64,000 bases of DNA from positions 5,332,001-5,396,000 of the forward strand of contig JBHGNT010000005.1 of the NCBI GenBank assembly GCA_043228905.1, in the 5' to 3' direction. This document shows, piece after piece, positions 11,336 through 22,333 of the stretch. Source of the DNA: Azolla caroliniana. Lineage: Eukaryota > Plantae > Polypodiophyta. The notes under the pieces are model-generated. The model searched no databases and was not told where the DNA came from. It saw only the letters and a list, made by a program, of their open reading frames with translations. Both the position numbers and the translations under genes were made by a program. Numbering within the stretch: the stretch's first letter is position 1; each line of letters starts with the position of its first letter.

Positions 11336-12628
11336 AAAATTCAGTGAAATATATACATGCATACATACGTAAATATATCTACATATATACACATGCATGT
11401 TGATGTATATATCTCATCTCTTTCAAAACACTCTGTTTACTTCAATAACCGTAAAGCTAATTCTTCATATGCTTCCATAACCTTTTCATAGGATGAAAAA
11501 TATGTACCTCATGATTTCGTCTTTGAGCGTAGGGGCAAATTGTTCCGATTAGCATAAGATTACCCCAAAATGCTACATTATTTTACCTAATTCCCTGGCT
11601 GGCATTGGATTGGAGAGCCGGCAGCCATTGTTGCATTCTGCCACTTTCCGGAGTGCCACAAAGATTAGTACAAAGTTCAGGCTAGCCCCCAATCAACTTT
11701 CGTTGATCACATTCTTACCAATCAATTTTCTCATATAAATATACACACACACACACATATGTATGTATATTATGTATGCCATTGAAGCAAATTTGTCCAC
11801 TCTTACCACAATTCATGTGTTATGCTACGAACGCCTAAAAATGGCCGAAGTTCGAATGTTTGGAAACCTTATTCAAACAATTCGTCTGTGATCTTTTCAA
11901 GTGTCACCACAACTTAGGGAAGGGAGATGGGATGTGGTTTTATCACTTCCTACAAGTTTTGCCTTTCCTTAATGTTTTGCTTGCACAAGGCATATATGAT
12001 ATGATGTGTTGGGACGAACCGAGGATAATGGAAGCGGGACGTAAGCCGACAAATTGTTCATTTTTCTTGAATGATAGGATATTCTAGAAGTCTTCAAGGC
12101 CAAGAGAGAGGAGAGATGGCTACCTTCCCTATACTCACAATTTGTCTCTTTTGATGAAGTGTTAGTGCATGTCGGAAGCTCAAATATCTCCTTGCGGTAA
12201 CATTGGACAGATTGTTGAACGTGTTTCGAAACAATACCATATACATAGATAATAAGTAAAAGGAATTTTGTGAAAAACTCTAAAATGCCCCTAGAGTTTT
12301 ATTTATTTCCTCAAATGCCCTTTGAGCAAGAATTATACGTGGAATTATGTAGTCAAATCATCTCCATCCCTTCAAGGAAAACTCTGGGGTGGGCCCGTGG
12401 GGTATTTTTCCAGGGTGAAGAAAATCTCAGGGGCATTTTCCAGCAATCGAAAAACGATTCACGGCTATTTCAGTATAATAAAGATAGAAAAATGCAGCGG
12501 CATTTCCGGCGTTTTTCCCAAACAGTCTTCTGAAAGAGATATGTTTTGCCCATGTTCCAATCAGAAGGCATCGTTGAAGAGTAGGAAGAAAAGGAAGAAA
12601 ATGTGGGTCGGGTAATCTATACCTTGAT

Positions 12629-14782
12629 ATGAAGAGATTCTCGTGGCATGGAGAAATGCTGCAAAGAAGAAGACCCATATCCCTTTTGAATCTTTCGGAT
12701 TCAGAGGCTATTAAGCTTGATTTAGAGGTGTATCGAAACCTTCTACATGACTGTATCAATAGAAAATCTATTGAAGATGGTAAAATGGTACATACCCACA
12801 TCATAAAACATGTGGTTCCATTGGATGTCATGGTTGAAAGCACACTTGTCAACATGTATATTAAATGTGGTAGCTTTGAAGATGCATGCCGAGTGTTTGA
12901 ATGTATGGATTCAAGAGATTCCGTGTCTTGGAACATGATGATTGGTGGATATTCAAATCACAAACGTCCGAACGATGCAATCAATATGTTTTGGGCAATG
13001 GTGAAAGATGGATTTAAGCCCACAAAGATCACATATGTTCATGTTTTAAAGTCCTGCACTGACTCTGGTTTACTAGAGCAAGGTAAGAAGTTTCATGAAC
13101 TCATTAAGAAAGAGGGGATTTCTGATGTCTTCGTGGGAAGTGCCCTTATGGGTATGTATGCGAAATGTGGTTGCATAGATGATGCACGGTTGGTTTTTGA
13201 GGAAATGAAGGAACACGATGTGGTTTCGTGGAATGTTATAATTGGTGTATATGCTGAAAGTGGGAACAGTTTGGAGGCTCTGAATCTTTTCAATAGAATG
13301 CAGGAAAATGTGCCTCCTAATGGGATTACTTTTGCAAACACACTGAAGGCATGTGTGAATTCAGTAGATGTCGATCGTGGCCGAGAAATTTATTCCCTTA
13401 TGGTCAAGTGTGGAATAGAGATGGATATCATCTTTGGAAGTTGTCTTTTAGATATGTATGCCAAATGTGGGAACATTGCTGATGCATGTCATGTTTTTGA
13501 TTGTCTGGAAAAAAAAGATGTTGTAACATATAATGTCATGATTTCTGGTTATGCGCAATTTGGGCTTGGGAATGAGGCTTTTAAGCTTCTGCGTCAGATG
13601 TGCGATGATCGAATGAAACCAGATAGGGTCACGTTTTTAAGCTTATTGAAGGCATGTGTGGGGCTTTCATCCCTCACATTAGGAAAGAGGGTGCATGTGC
13701 ATATCATACTTTATGGTTATGGCACCGACATTAAGATCGGAAACACTGTGATTGATATGTATGCCAAATGTGGGAGTATGGTGCATGCACAACAACTTTT
13801 TGATCAATTGCCCACAAAAGATGCCATCACATGGACGGCGATGGTAGCAGGTTATGTACAACATAGGCAGTTTAATGAAGCTTTCAACCTCTTTTGGGCA
13901 ATGCAAAATGAGTTTATAGAGCCAACTGAAGCAACATATGTGAGCATTCTTAAGGGGTGTGGTGAAATAGGTTCCTTGGAGCAAGGGCATCAAATCCATG
14001 CGCTTATACTAAGGAGTGGTTTCCAGACAACCATTCCAATTGAGAGCACACTTATAGACATGTATTGCAAGTGTGGGAGTGTGAAACGAGCCCGTGAAGT
14101 TTTTGATCAAATGCGAAAGCATGACGTTATCTCTTGGACAGCCATGATAATTGGTTATGCTCAGCATGGGTATGGAAAAGAGGCTCTGATAATAACAAAA
14201 GAGATGCTTGCAAAGGGTGTGATTCCTGACCACATCACGTTTATGGGCATTCTATCTGCATGCAATCACATGGGATTAGTGGAGGATGCTCTCTCTTACT
14301 TCCATTCAATGAGTGAAGACTATGGTATAATGCCAGGACCTGAACACTATGGATGCTTAATTGATTTGCTCGGGCGGGCGGGTCATTTGGATAAGGTAGA
14401 TAATCTTATGAAGAAAATGCCACGTCAACCGAATGCTATGGTTTGGACATCTTCATTGGGTGCTTGTGGAATCCATGGAAATATGAAGTTGGCAACACAT
14501 TCCTCACAGTGTCTTCATAGTGTAGAACCAGGAAATACTGCAGCTTTTGTTCTGCTTTCTAACATGTATGCAAAATCTAGTGATATAGAAAATGTTCCAA
14601 ATGATGGAAGAACAACAAGAATAAGAAGTACAGAGATTGGAAGCATGGAAAATGAGGCAGTGTATAATTATATTGAGGTGAATAACAAGGTAAATGTTTT
14701 CAGTTTTGAGTATTCTGAACATCCAGATATGCATGTGGCCAATGACGAACTAGAAAGATTATCGGAAAATTTGATGACATAG
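12629..14782 (+). CDS. PLS-class PPR protein with E/E+ extension (organellar RNA editing specificity factor type), 717 aa
   Basis: Repeated P-L-S triplets (MYxKCG..A..VF, DVVSWN), P2-L2-S2 (FMGILSACNHMGLV...HYGCLIDLLGRAG), E domain (VWTSSLGACGIHGN...FVLLSNMYA) and E+ (IEVNNKVNVF...HP); intronless. Confidence 0.95.
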   Translation: MKRFSWHGEMLQRRRPISLLNLSDSEAIKLDLEVYRNLLHDCINRKSIEDGKMVHTHIIKHVVPLDVMVESTLVNMYIKCGSFEDACRVFECMDSRDSVSWNMMIGGYSNHKRPNDAINMFWAMVKDGFKPTKITYVHVLKSCTDSGLLEQGKKFHELIKKEGISDVFVGSALMGMYAKCGCIDDARLVFEEMKEHDVVSWNVIIGVYAESGNSLEALNLFNRMQENVPPNGITFANTLKACVNSVDVDRGREIYSLMVKCGIEMDIIFGSCLLDMYAKCGNIADACHVFDCLEKKDVVTYNVMISGYAQFGLGNEAFKLLRQMCDDRMKPDRVTFLSLLKACVGLSSLTLGKRVHVHIILYGYGTDIKIGNTVIDMYAKCGSMVHAQQLFDQLPTKDAITWTAMVAGYVQHRQFNEAFNLFWAMQNEFIEPTEATYVSILKGCGEIGSLEQGHQIHALILRSGFQTTIPIESTLIDMYCKCGSVKRAREVFDQMRKHDVISWTAMIIGYAQHGYGKEALIITKEMLAKGVIPDHITFMGILSACNHMGLVEDALSYFHSMSEDYGIMPGPEHYGCLIDLLGRAGHLDKVDNLMKKMPRQPNAMVWTSSLGACGIHGNMKLATHSSQCLHSVEPGNTAAFVLLSNMYAKSSDIENVPNDGRTTRIRSTEIGSMENEAVYNYIEVNNKVNVFSFEYSEHPDMHVANDELERLSENLMT

Positions 14783-15040
14783 GGTTAGGTCAAAGGTTAA
14801 CTCAATAAATCAGCAAAGAAGACCAGGGTTTCTTGTTTTCATGCAACAATAACGATAAGCTCACCATTGCATTTGCATTATTCAAAACTTTCTGTATATT
14901 ACCTATTTGTATATTCAGCAACCGATCTACTTGATGTATAGCCACAATGTGACAAATTATAAGCAAAATTTGTGGGCATCAAATAACTTTGAACAAGGGT
15001 TTTTTCCTTGTGAATGTAAATTGCACTGAAGTCTAGAAAA
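14783..15040 (+). pseudogene. Fossil DYW cytidine-deaminase domain after the PPR stop codon
   Basis: 14851 onward reads NDKLTIAFALFKTFCILPICIFSN, then HNVT and ISKICGHQIT across a stop and frameshift. This is colinear with the DYW consensus HSEKLAIAFGL..T....PIRIFKNLRVC.DCH..TK.ISKI..REI. Confidence 0.75.
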
Positions 15041-15749
15041 TACGTCATAAAAAAAAAAATCGATAATAAGCAGCACTCGAAATCAAGAGGAATTTCTGCT
15101 AAAATTGATGGAAGGAAATAATGCGTCTATGGGAGTACAACATGTTTAGTCCATAAAATAACAACCCAGTTGGGTTGTTCAGATTCCCTCATTGCTCAAT
15201 GTGAACTTGATACTGAACAATCCTAAATGTTGAGAGATTTAGAGTTCTCTTATTTCTTTGACAATGTCCTTGACGATTGAATCTTCAATTTTCCTCTTAA
15301 ACACCTGCCTTCATGTGATTCTCTCTTTGATGGGAGGACCCTTTCTATCTATTAGAGTGCTGCGATGAGCTCATGGCTCATGGCTCATTATCCCATTGTC
15401 CCATTGTTTGTTGAAGTGACTACACACTTTTTACTATAGAAGAGTACCTACCAGGTTTGTGGTGAGGCTATTTGGTTCCAAATCATCCACTAGAAGAGCT
15501 CCTGAGTCTCTTCTCTCTTTGGAGTCCACCACCTTGAGAAATAGGAGGACCTTGTCTAATTCGAGAAATATCCGGTTGAGAGCTAAGAGACATCCACACC
15601 TTCACTACTATTTCTTTATCATCCTTGTGGAGTCACTGGGGGGCAACACTCTCATCAATACTTCATCACCATATAAATGAATGAATGTGTCACATTGCTT
15701 GAAGCAAACTAAGAAAGTCCTAGAGAATAACATGTGAATGCATTGGTGT

Positions 15750-16300
15750 TTATTGTAGGTGTCGACTGTTTGATATGGTGCATTGATGTGGCAGGGGAAG
15801 AAAGGACAAGAAGAAGTCTCAAATTAGCCTCGGAATCTAGGCAAGATCAACCAAGTGAAGAAGGGAAGAGGTAAGAAAGAACAAAGGTAGCTCAAATGGT
15901 AAGAGCTAACCATTCCTAAGAATAAGGTCTATTGTTTGATACCGCCTCTAAAAATGATCGGAGTTTAGGAAAAGATGAAGTTGCAATGTGTGAAGATGAA
16001 AAGAGGGTGAGCAATAAGGTGAACATATTATGTGTACTTTTGGTTGAATCAAGAGTTTAATGCAAAAAGAAAAGACAGAGTGCATATGAAAAGAGAAAAA
16101 TAAGACCCACTTCCAATTGATAAGATAAGCCATGGTAAGAGCCATAAATGGGAGGGAGATAGTTCATTGTGGGGTCATTGGCTTTTTTTCGAGGCTACAC
16201 CTAAACTTCAATTTTGAGAGGAATACCAACATGGAGTGAATCATGAGAGTGCACATGGGAGGCCTACAATGATCAAGGTGTTGCGCTTATCAGTTGTAGA
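15750..16300 (+). mobile_element. Possible degraded LTR-retrotransposon gag-like remnant
   Basis: Purine-rich, coding-like but broken sequence with an HCGVIG zinc-knuckle-like fragment near 16165; no intact ORF or LTR pair found. Confidence 0.2.
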
Positions 16301-18169
16301 CTCGCCACATTGACTCAAAGAGTTCCCCTTTTATTCCTTTTATTGTTTTTTTCCCTTTCCATGAATCCTCTCAAGCATTCTTCTAATTCAATTGAACTAC
16401 TCTTCAAAAATATTTGGCCTTCTTTCAACATGTGTGCTCATTTTATGCAACCTCAACTAGATTTCTACTAAAATTTAAGAATAATTTACTCAATAGTCCA
16501 CGAGTGTCTTAGGGAAATGATCTTGGGGTGATAGTTTCGAGTCATTCACACATATGACCCCACATGTGTGAGTTTTGGATTGTTAATGCAAGGCAAGCAA
16601 ATCAACAAACATCCACTTGTGCTTAAAGGGGATTTGGTTCAAGGGTTTAAACCTCGTGGAGCAAGGTTGACTTTGAACAAATAAGATTTCGTTTGTGTGA
16701 AGCGACATACACCCATTGAAGCTTATTTCCAAAAAAACCTACCTTCATTTCGTGCATAGCTTCATGTTTTTTGTTCTTGACAACAAAACAAAGCTAGCAA
16801 GGGCTGAAGTTTGATAGCAACAAAGCAAGGTAGTATTAAAGCTTGTTCCATATTAAGCAAGCAAGTGATGAAGCTTGTTTCATGGGAAGCAAGGGTAGCA
16901 ACTATGCATGCTTTGTAGGAAGTGAGGGCGAGCAATCATGTGTGCTTTAAACAATGAAAATGTGTTAGTTCTATGGGAACTTGAAGTGTGGAAAGTGAGC
17001 ATACATTAGGATGGATACAAACACATGTGCATGGATATAATGATGGAGCACGAATGGATGTATATTTGCAAACACTTTCAACTATAATACCTCTCGACAT
17101 CAACACCTAGAATTGAAAGCTAAAGTTAACTTAGAAAATGATATATATGTGAGTAAGAAGATTGTAGCTCTGTTTTTCTTCACAATAATTATAAAATGGA
17201 AACAACGAGACTTCATATTTTGTTATTTTCTATTTCTATATAGCTTCCTCAAAATGCATAGTCGTTGCTTATACTTTCCTTGCCTTTCCAAAAAGGTGCA
17301 CTCATGTAACTCCTTATTTTATTTGCTGATTTAGAAATGCAATACGTTGTTCAATATATTATTCATAATCATCGTTCATTTAAAAATTGGATGTGTCTTG
17401 CATGCAAGACGATCTCAATAATGCTGAAGCGCAAGGGTGACAACATTTATGTAACAAGATATTGTGTTGATTCATATCCCTCCACTGGCATTACATTCTT
17501 CTCATCCATCATGTTCCAATTGCATCGGTTTCCACTTAGATATGTTTCTTTTCATCTTAAATGCAACTTCCCCTCTATCCACACATTCATTTTGCTTGAT
17601 CGTCACCTTTGATTACAGTTGTTGCAAATAGTAATTAGTTGTTAGTTGATTTCTATGAATATGGGAGTGTGTTAAATATGATATTTGTTGCAAAACAATT
17701 ATGGACGAATATTTGTTGCTTGTTCCTTGAGTTTAAGGTGAGTAAAAGAGGGCATCCAATGTTCTACCAAATCGCCTATGTGAAGCTAATGACATCACTA
17801 CACAAAACAATTTCTCTTCGTGAAATACTAATCATTAACTCTTCATTAGCATAAAACAACGAATCTTGTTTACTACAACCCATAGTTCCAAATCAACCAC
17901 GAGATCCAAGAAGAGGCCAATTAGCTTGTATTTGGATCGAAGTTTTTGATGCATTGGAGGATTGACAAATTGTTTAACCTTCACATATGTTGAGCTTTGA
18001 AATTTTATTAGTTGATTTAGCTTGTTTGGACCACTCAGTTATTGATATGCTAGTAAACGTTTTAGTTAATGGTTAGGATTTCACATGTTTCGTGTTCTCT
18101 CAAGTTTGCAATCATGTGATTTGGTGGATAAAATTTCCACGAAGTATAATTAAACAAAATTCTCTCAAA

Positions 18170-18620
18170 CTTCAATTAATCCTTTTCACTCCGTGACGTA
18201 TGTTTTTTTGGGAATCCAATATAAACTTAAGCTAAAAGTGTTGCTTAATCAGTGCATACCCTATAGTCCATAGGGTGATATTGCATTGGGGAATATTTAA
18301 CAATGGGTGAAAGGAAGCTCCAGCCTCCAATGATATCCTCTAAAGTGCTTTCATGAGTATGCTATTATGGCCATACTTGGAGAAAAATCCTTCAAGTAAA
18401 TTCATGTCGATAATTATGATAAGAGGTTCACACCATCTATCCATAATGGTTGGATGTGGACCCATTGGAGGTTAATGATGTTGAAAGCTAACAACATCAA
18501 GGCCAAAACGGTAGTAGGTTACGTTCGAAATAGAGGAGGGTGGAATTTTAATGAAAAAGGCACAATTCAACACTTTTCTCCATTTTGGCGTGGACTCTAT
18601 GCATTACTATGCCTCAAATG
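18170..18620 (+). mobile_element. Degraded LINE ORF2 fragment (post-RT region)
   Basis: Broken frames give FFWESN, then QCIP..P*GDIALG (cf. FLW...W..C.PK..GGLG) and later SPFWRGL (cf. S..W..I), in the order seen in plant L1 ORF2. Confidence 0.4.
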
Positions 18621-21524
18621 TTTGCTTTTATATTCTACGTGATCATTTTCTCAACTTGATGTTATAGGTACAACATACTAAAGTCAATTGAAAGTCTTCT
18701 ATATCATATTGATAGACCTATAACCTACGTTTCAACCTCCATGTTCATTCCAATACGGGTTTTAGGATTCTCACTGTCTAATTTCTATGCTTTATGATGC
18801 AATAATCAAAGTGTGACCTTAGGAAACATGTAATCTCCATGCTGGGAACATTGACATGCACAATACAAAGGCTCCCAACTTTGAAGAGTGTTGATTCTTG
18901 AGGAGAATTTAAGATGTCACATCTTCCTTTCTCAAATACCACACGGCATATATGCTATTTCCTAGAGACCTAATGACAAGACACAAAGAGTTATCGATTC
19001 CTTGTAACCTAAACCTTGATATTGTTGATTTTGCCATCTTTAATCCCTATCTCTAAACCTCATGAATTGTTAACTTTTACTCATTGATCAAATAGTCGAG
19101 GAAAATGTGGAAGAGAGAAAGTGTTGATCTCATTTGATGCAACAATTTCTATGATATAGATCATTTAATTAAATTAGAACAAATAATGACCATTCTTCAC
19201 AAGTTTATAAACATTTTTTATGGCATAGTAGAATCCTAAAGACGAATGCAAGAGACTCTAGAGGATACAATATGAATGAGACATCGAAACACCATCATCA
19301 TAATTTGCTAACTAAATATTTTGGTCATATATTGTTAACTTGTTTAGGACTGGAAAAGTATGCCAATGAGAGGTGATGAGAGAGATGATATGACATATAT
19401 CTTAGGAATAATTGTTTAATGTGGTCTTTGAAAAGGTGGTGGATAAGTTTTGGATGAATTTTTTTTGGAAGTACATGTAATAAAATATAACTTTCAAATT
19501 GACAGGTAATCTTATATTTTACACATTGAGGTGAAAAACCGGAAATTGGTCGTTGATGTACAACCCCCTTGCTTTGGAATGTACATAATATTTATCCAAT
19601 TCCGGAATTATTATTTCAGGCTAAGAGAATCAATGAATAGTGTACTTAATTTTGATTATGGAACATTGTCTCGTGGGGCTTCAAAACTTGTTCAAGATTA
19701 ACCAACACTTTACATTCACAACCTTCAATATTGGACATTGAATATCAACATATACAACATAAGATAAAGAGTTATAATAAATGTTGAAATCTTATCTCAC
19801 GTGTTTTGAATTCCTAATCAAGACTAATCAACAAAGAATAAAATATTATTCACTGGCTTGACTTTCGATCTCGTAGATGCATATTAAATGCATGTATTTC
19901 ACGTGGTCTTTCCAATCGGGCAAGGAAAATGTCCTTGTTGACATTTACTTGAAACCATTGTTATTAATATGCGCCCATTGAATGGCAATGGCTACTCATT
20001 TTCATAATGTCCATTCATTGAAAAGAAACTACTATTATGCATTTGTATCGGTTTCACAAATTACTATTCGGAAAATGTATAATCATTTGCATGGAACCTT
20101 GATGACTTTTGTGCACACATTTTTGTCTTTTGCCTTCTTCACATCAGTGTGGGTTGGCTTTGTGTTCATTTACATTTATATTGTGTAAAGTGAAATTTGT
20201 AAATGTAGAATCAAGATATTCAAGAGAGCAAACAATGGCTCATTTGATTGGGTGCCTCACTCTTATTTCAACATAAATGCACCTATTGTAGGAATCACTA
20301 GGGAAGATTGCATGCTCCCCTATATGTGTTTTTGGAATCATCATTTTTAAGACGATGTATTTAGATTGATGCTTCATTGGATTAGTAAGTAAATTAAATG
20401 TGAGAATTGTGGACTCCCAGGATGAATGGTAAGTATCTTTCATTTGAAGTATTACTCTTGATCCCATATGCTTCTTCCATCATACCATCTTGGGTTCAAA
20501 TATTAAACAGTGGCACATTTTAGAGTATTTGTTTGACGAGATTATCCTAAATCAAAATTTCCTCTTCAATCAATGTTTGTATGTCATACACTATTCTACT
20601 TGATATAGGGTAAACCAAAAATTTGTCCTCCATGCTCTTCAAAAACTTAATCCACGGGTGCCACAAATGCCTTTGAGCATATGCAATCTTTCAATATGGT
20701 AGGCTTTCAATCTAAACCAACTGGTAGGCTCGATTCAAACACATGCATGTAGAAAGGAGCACACATACTAGAACATGTAACAAGAGAAGAATATATAATG
20801 TTTATTGCAATGCCAACAAAAGTATTATAAGCAAAATAACTAGGTAGAAATATCAGCTCAATTGGTTTCAAATATACACAATTGGTTAGTTGCATTGTTG
20901 GGCACCAGGAATGTTTTATTTTACACACATACGCATTCATATTTATATAATCGATTGATGCCCATGTGAAAGTTCGCCTTTTATTGCAAAACCATTAGGC
21001 CAAAATCCACAAAAGTTGCTCAATACCGTACTTTCATTTCTTTTTTTCTGTATATGCTTCACCGTGATCCTTTTGTTTCGAAATCATTTCATGTATATAG
21101 AATCTCCGTGCTGTAGGTTTTAACCACACAATTGGTCAGATGAGTATTGGTGGTTGGGTTAATTAACCCACCAACAAGGCGTGTTATAAATGTATGTATA
21201 TGCACATTCATGTTTTATTGTCAATACCCCTACGAAATAAAGCAAAAAGGCTTACATTATGTATTACTTTGTGGAATTCCGTTTTTTTTCCAACCTATGT
21301 GGCTCACATTGAAAGGTGCAAAAAAGAGTTGGCCATGGCTAATTGCAAACAAGCGAGAGCAGAAAAGAAAAACATAGGCGACAGGGCTACATGGTTCACA
21401 GAGACACCCCCCCCCCCTTTTTTTTTAGCATCACGAGTTAGTTGGCCATAGGGGGGGGGGGACAAAGGAGGTTCGAGATCTCCACCAAAAGGTCATAGTA
21501 CAATTGGAAAAATGGGTGGTGGGC

Positions 21525-21555
<31 letters not shown>

Positions 21556-21630
21556 GGCCAAAGAGACGGACGATTCGAGCACGACGGCATGCGTGCATAG
21601 AAGGGAAAATCCGATGAACTATGTGTATCA

Positions 21631-21670
21631 TATGGTATATGGTATGGTATGGTATGGTGTGGTGTGGTGT
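21631..21670 (+). repeat. (TATGG)n/(TGTGG)n pentanucleotide microsatellite
   Basis: tatggtatatggtatggtatggtatggtgtggtgtggtgt. Confidence 0.9.
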
Positions 21671-22210
21671 GTATAAAACGAGGAAAAAGAAGCACATGAG
21701 ATACATATGCATTTAAGTTTTTAACGTGTGCTCACGCGAGTAGCAACACACACACACAAATACATTTAATGCAAGAAGCCCATCCACAGAAAGAAAGAAA
21801 GAAAGAAAGAGAGAGAAAAGAGAGAGCAGAGAGGGGGGGGTGCACGTGTATATTGTGTGCGCTCCAACCCTCTCTCTGTTTGTGTCCGTATCCGTATCCG
21901 TATCCGTATTCGTATCCGTGTCTATGTATATATAAAATAAAAACAAAAACAAATTTTAACTTAATATCCATATACGTATATATATATATATACACACACA
22001 CACATATACATATATGTACGTATACGTATACGTATCTGTGTGTGTATGTATTTAAATGCTGGAAATGCTGCTTCGCTATGGCCATAACGTGGTGCTGCTT
22101 CCCTTCCCTTCACTTCTCTGTCTCTCTCCTCACGCCTTCTCTCTGTTGCTATTGTTAGACGACGGCGATGGCGATGGCTATCGCCTGCCGCTTCTACTCC
22201 TGCCTCTGAC

Positions 22211-22246
22211 GAAGAAGAAGAAGAAGAAGAAGAAGAAGAAGAAGAA
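22211..22246 (+). repeat. (GAA)12 microsatellite in the ADT leader
   Basis: Perfect gaa x12. Confidence 0.95.
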
Positions 22247-22333
22247 GGAGATCGATTACCGTAAGAAAGAGACAGAGGAAGAGACAGAGGAAGAGCCGAC
22301 CGCCTGTCTGCAGATTTCTTCTACCTTCCTGCC

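Noticed and set aside
22261-22313. Intron extending the ADT CDS upstream
   Set aside because: The GT...AG span is only 53 nt and purine-rich, with no supporting evidence
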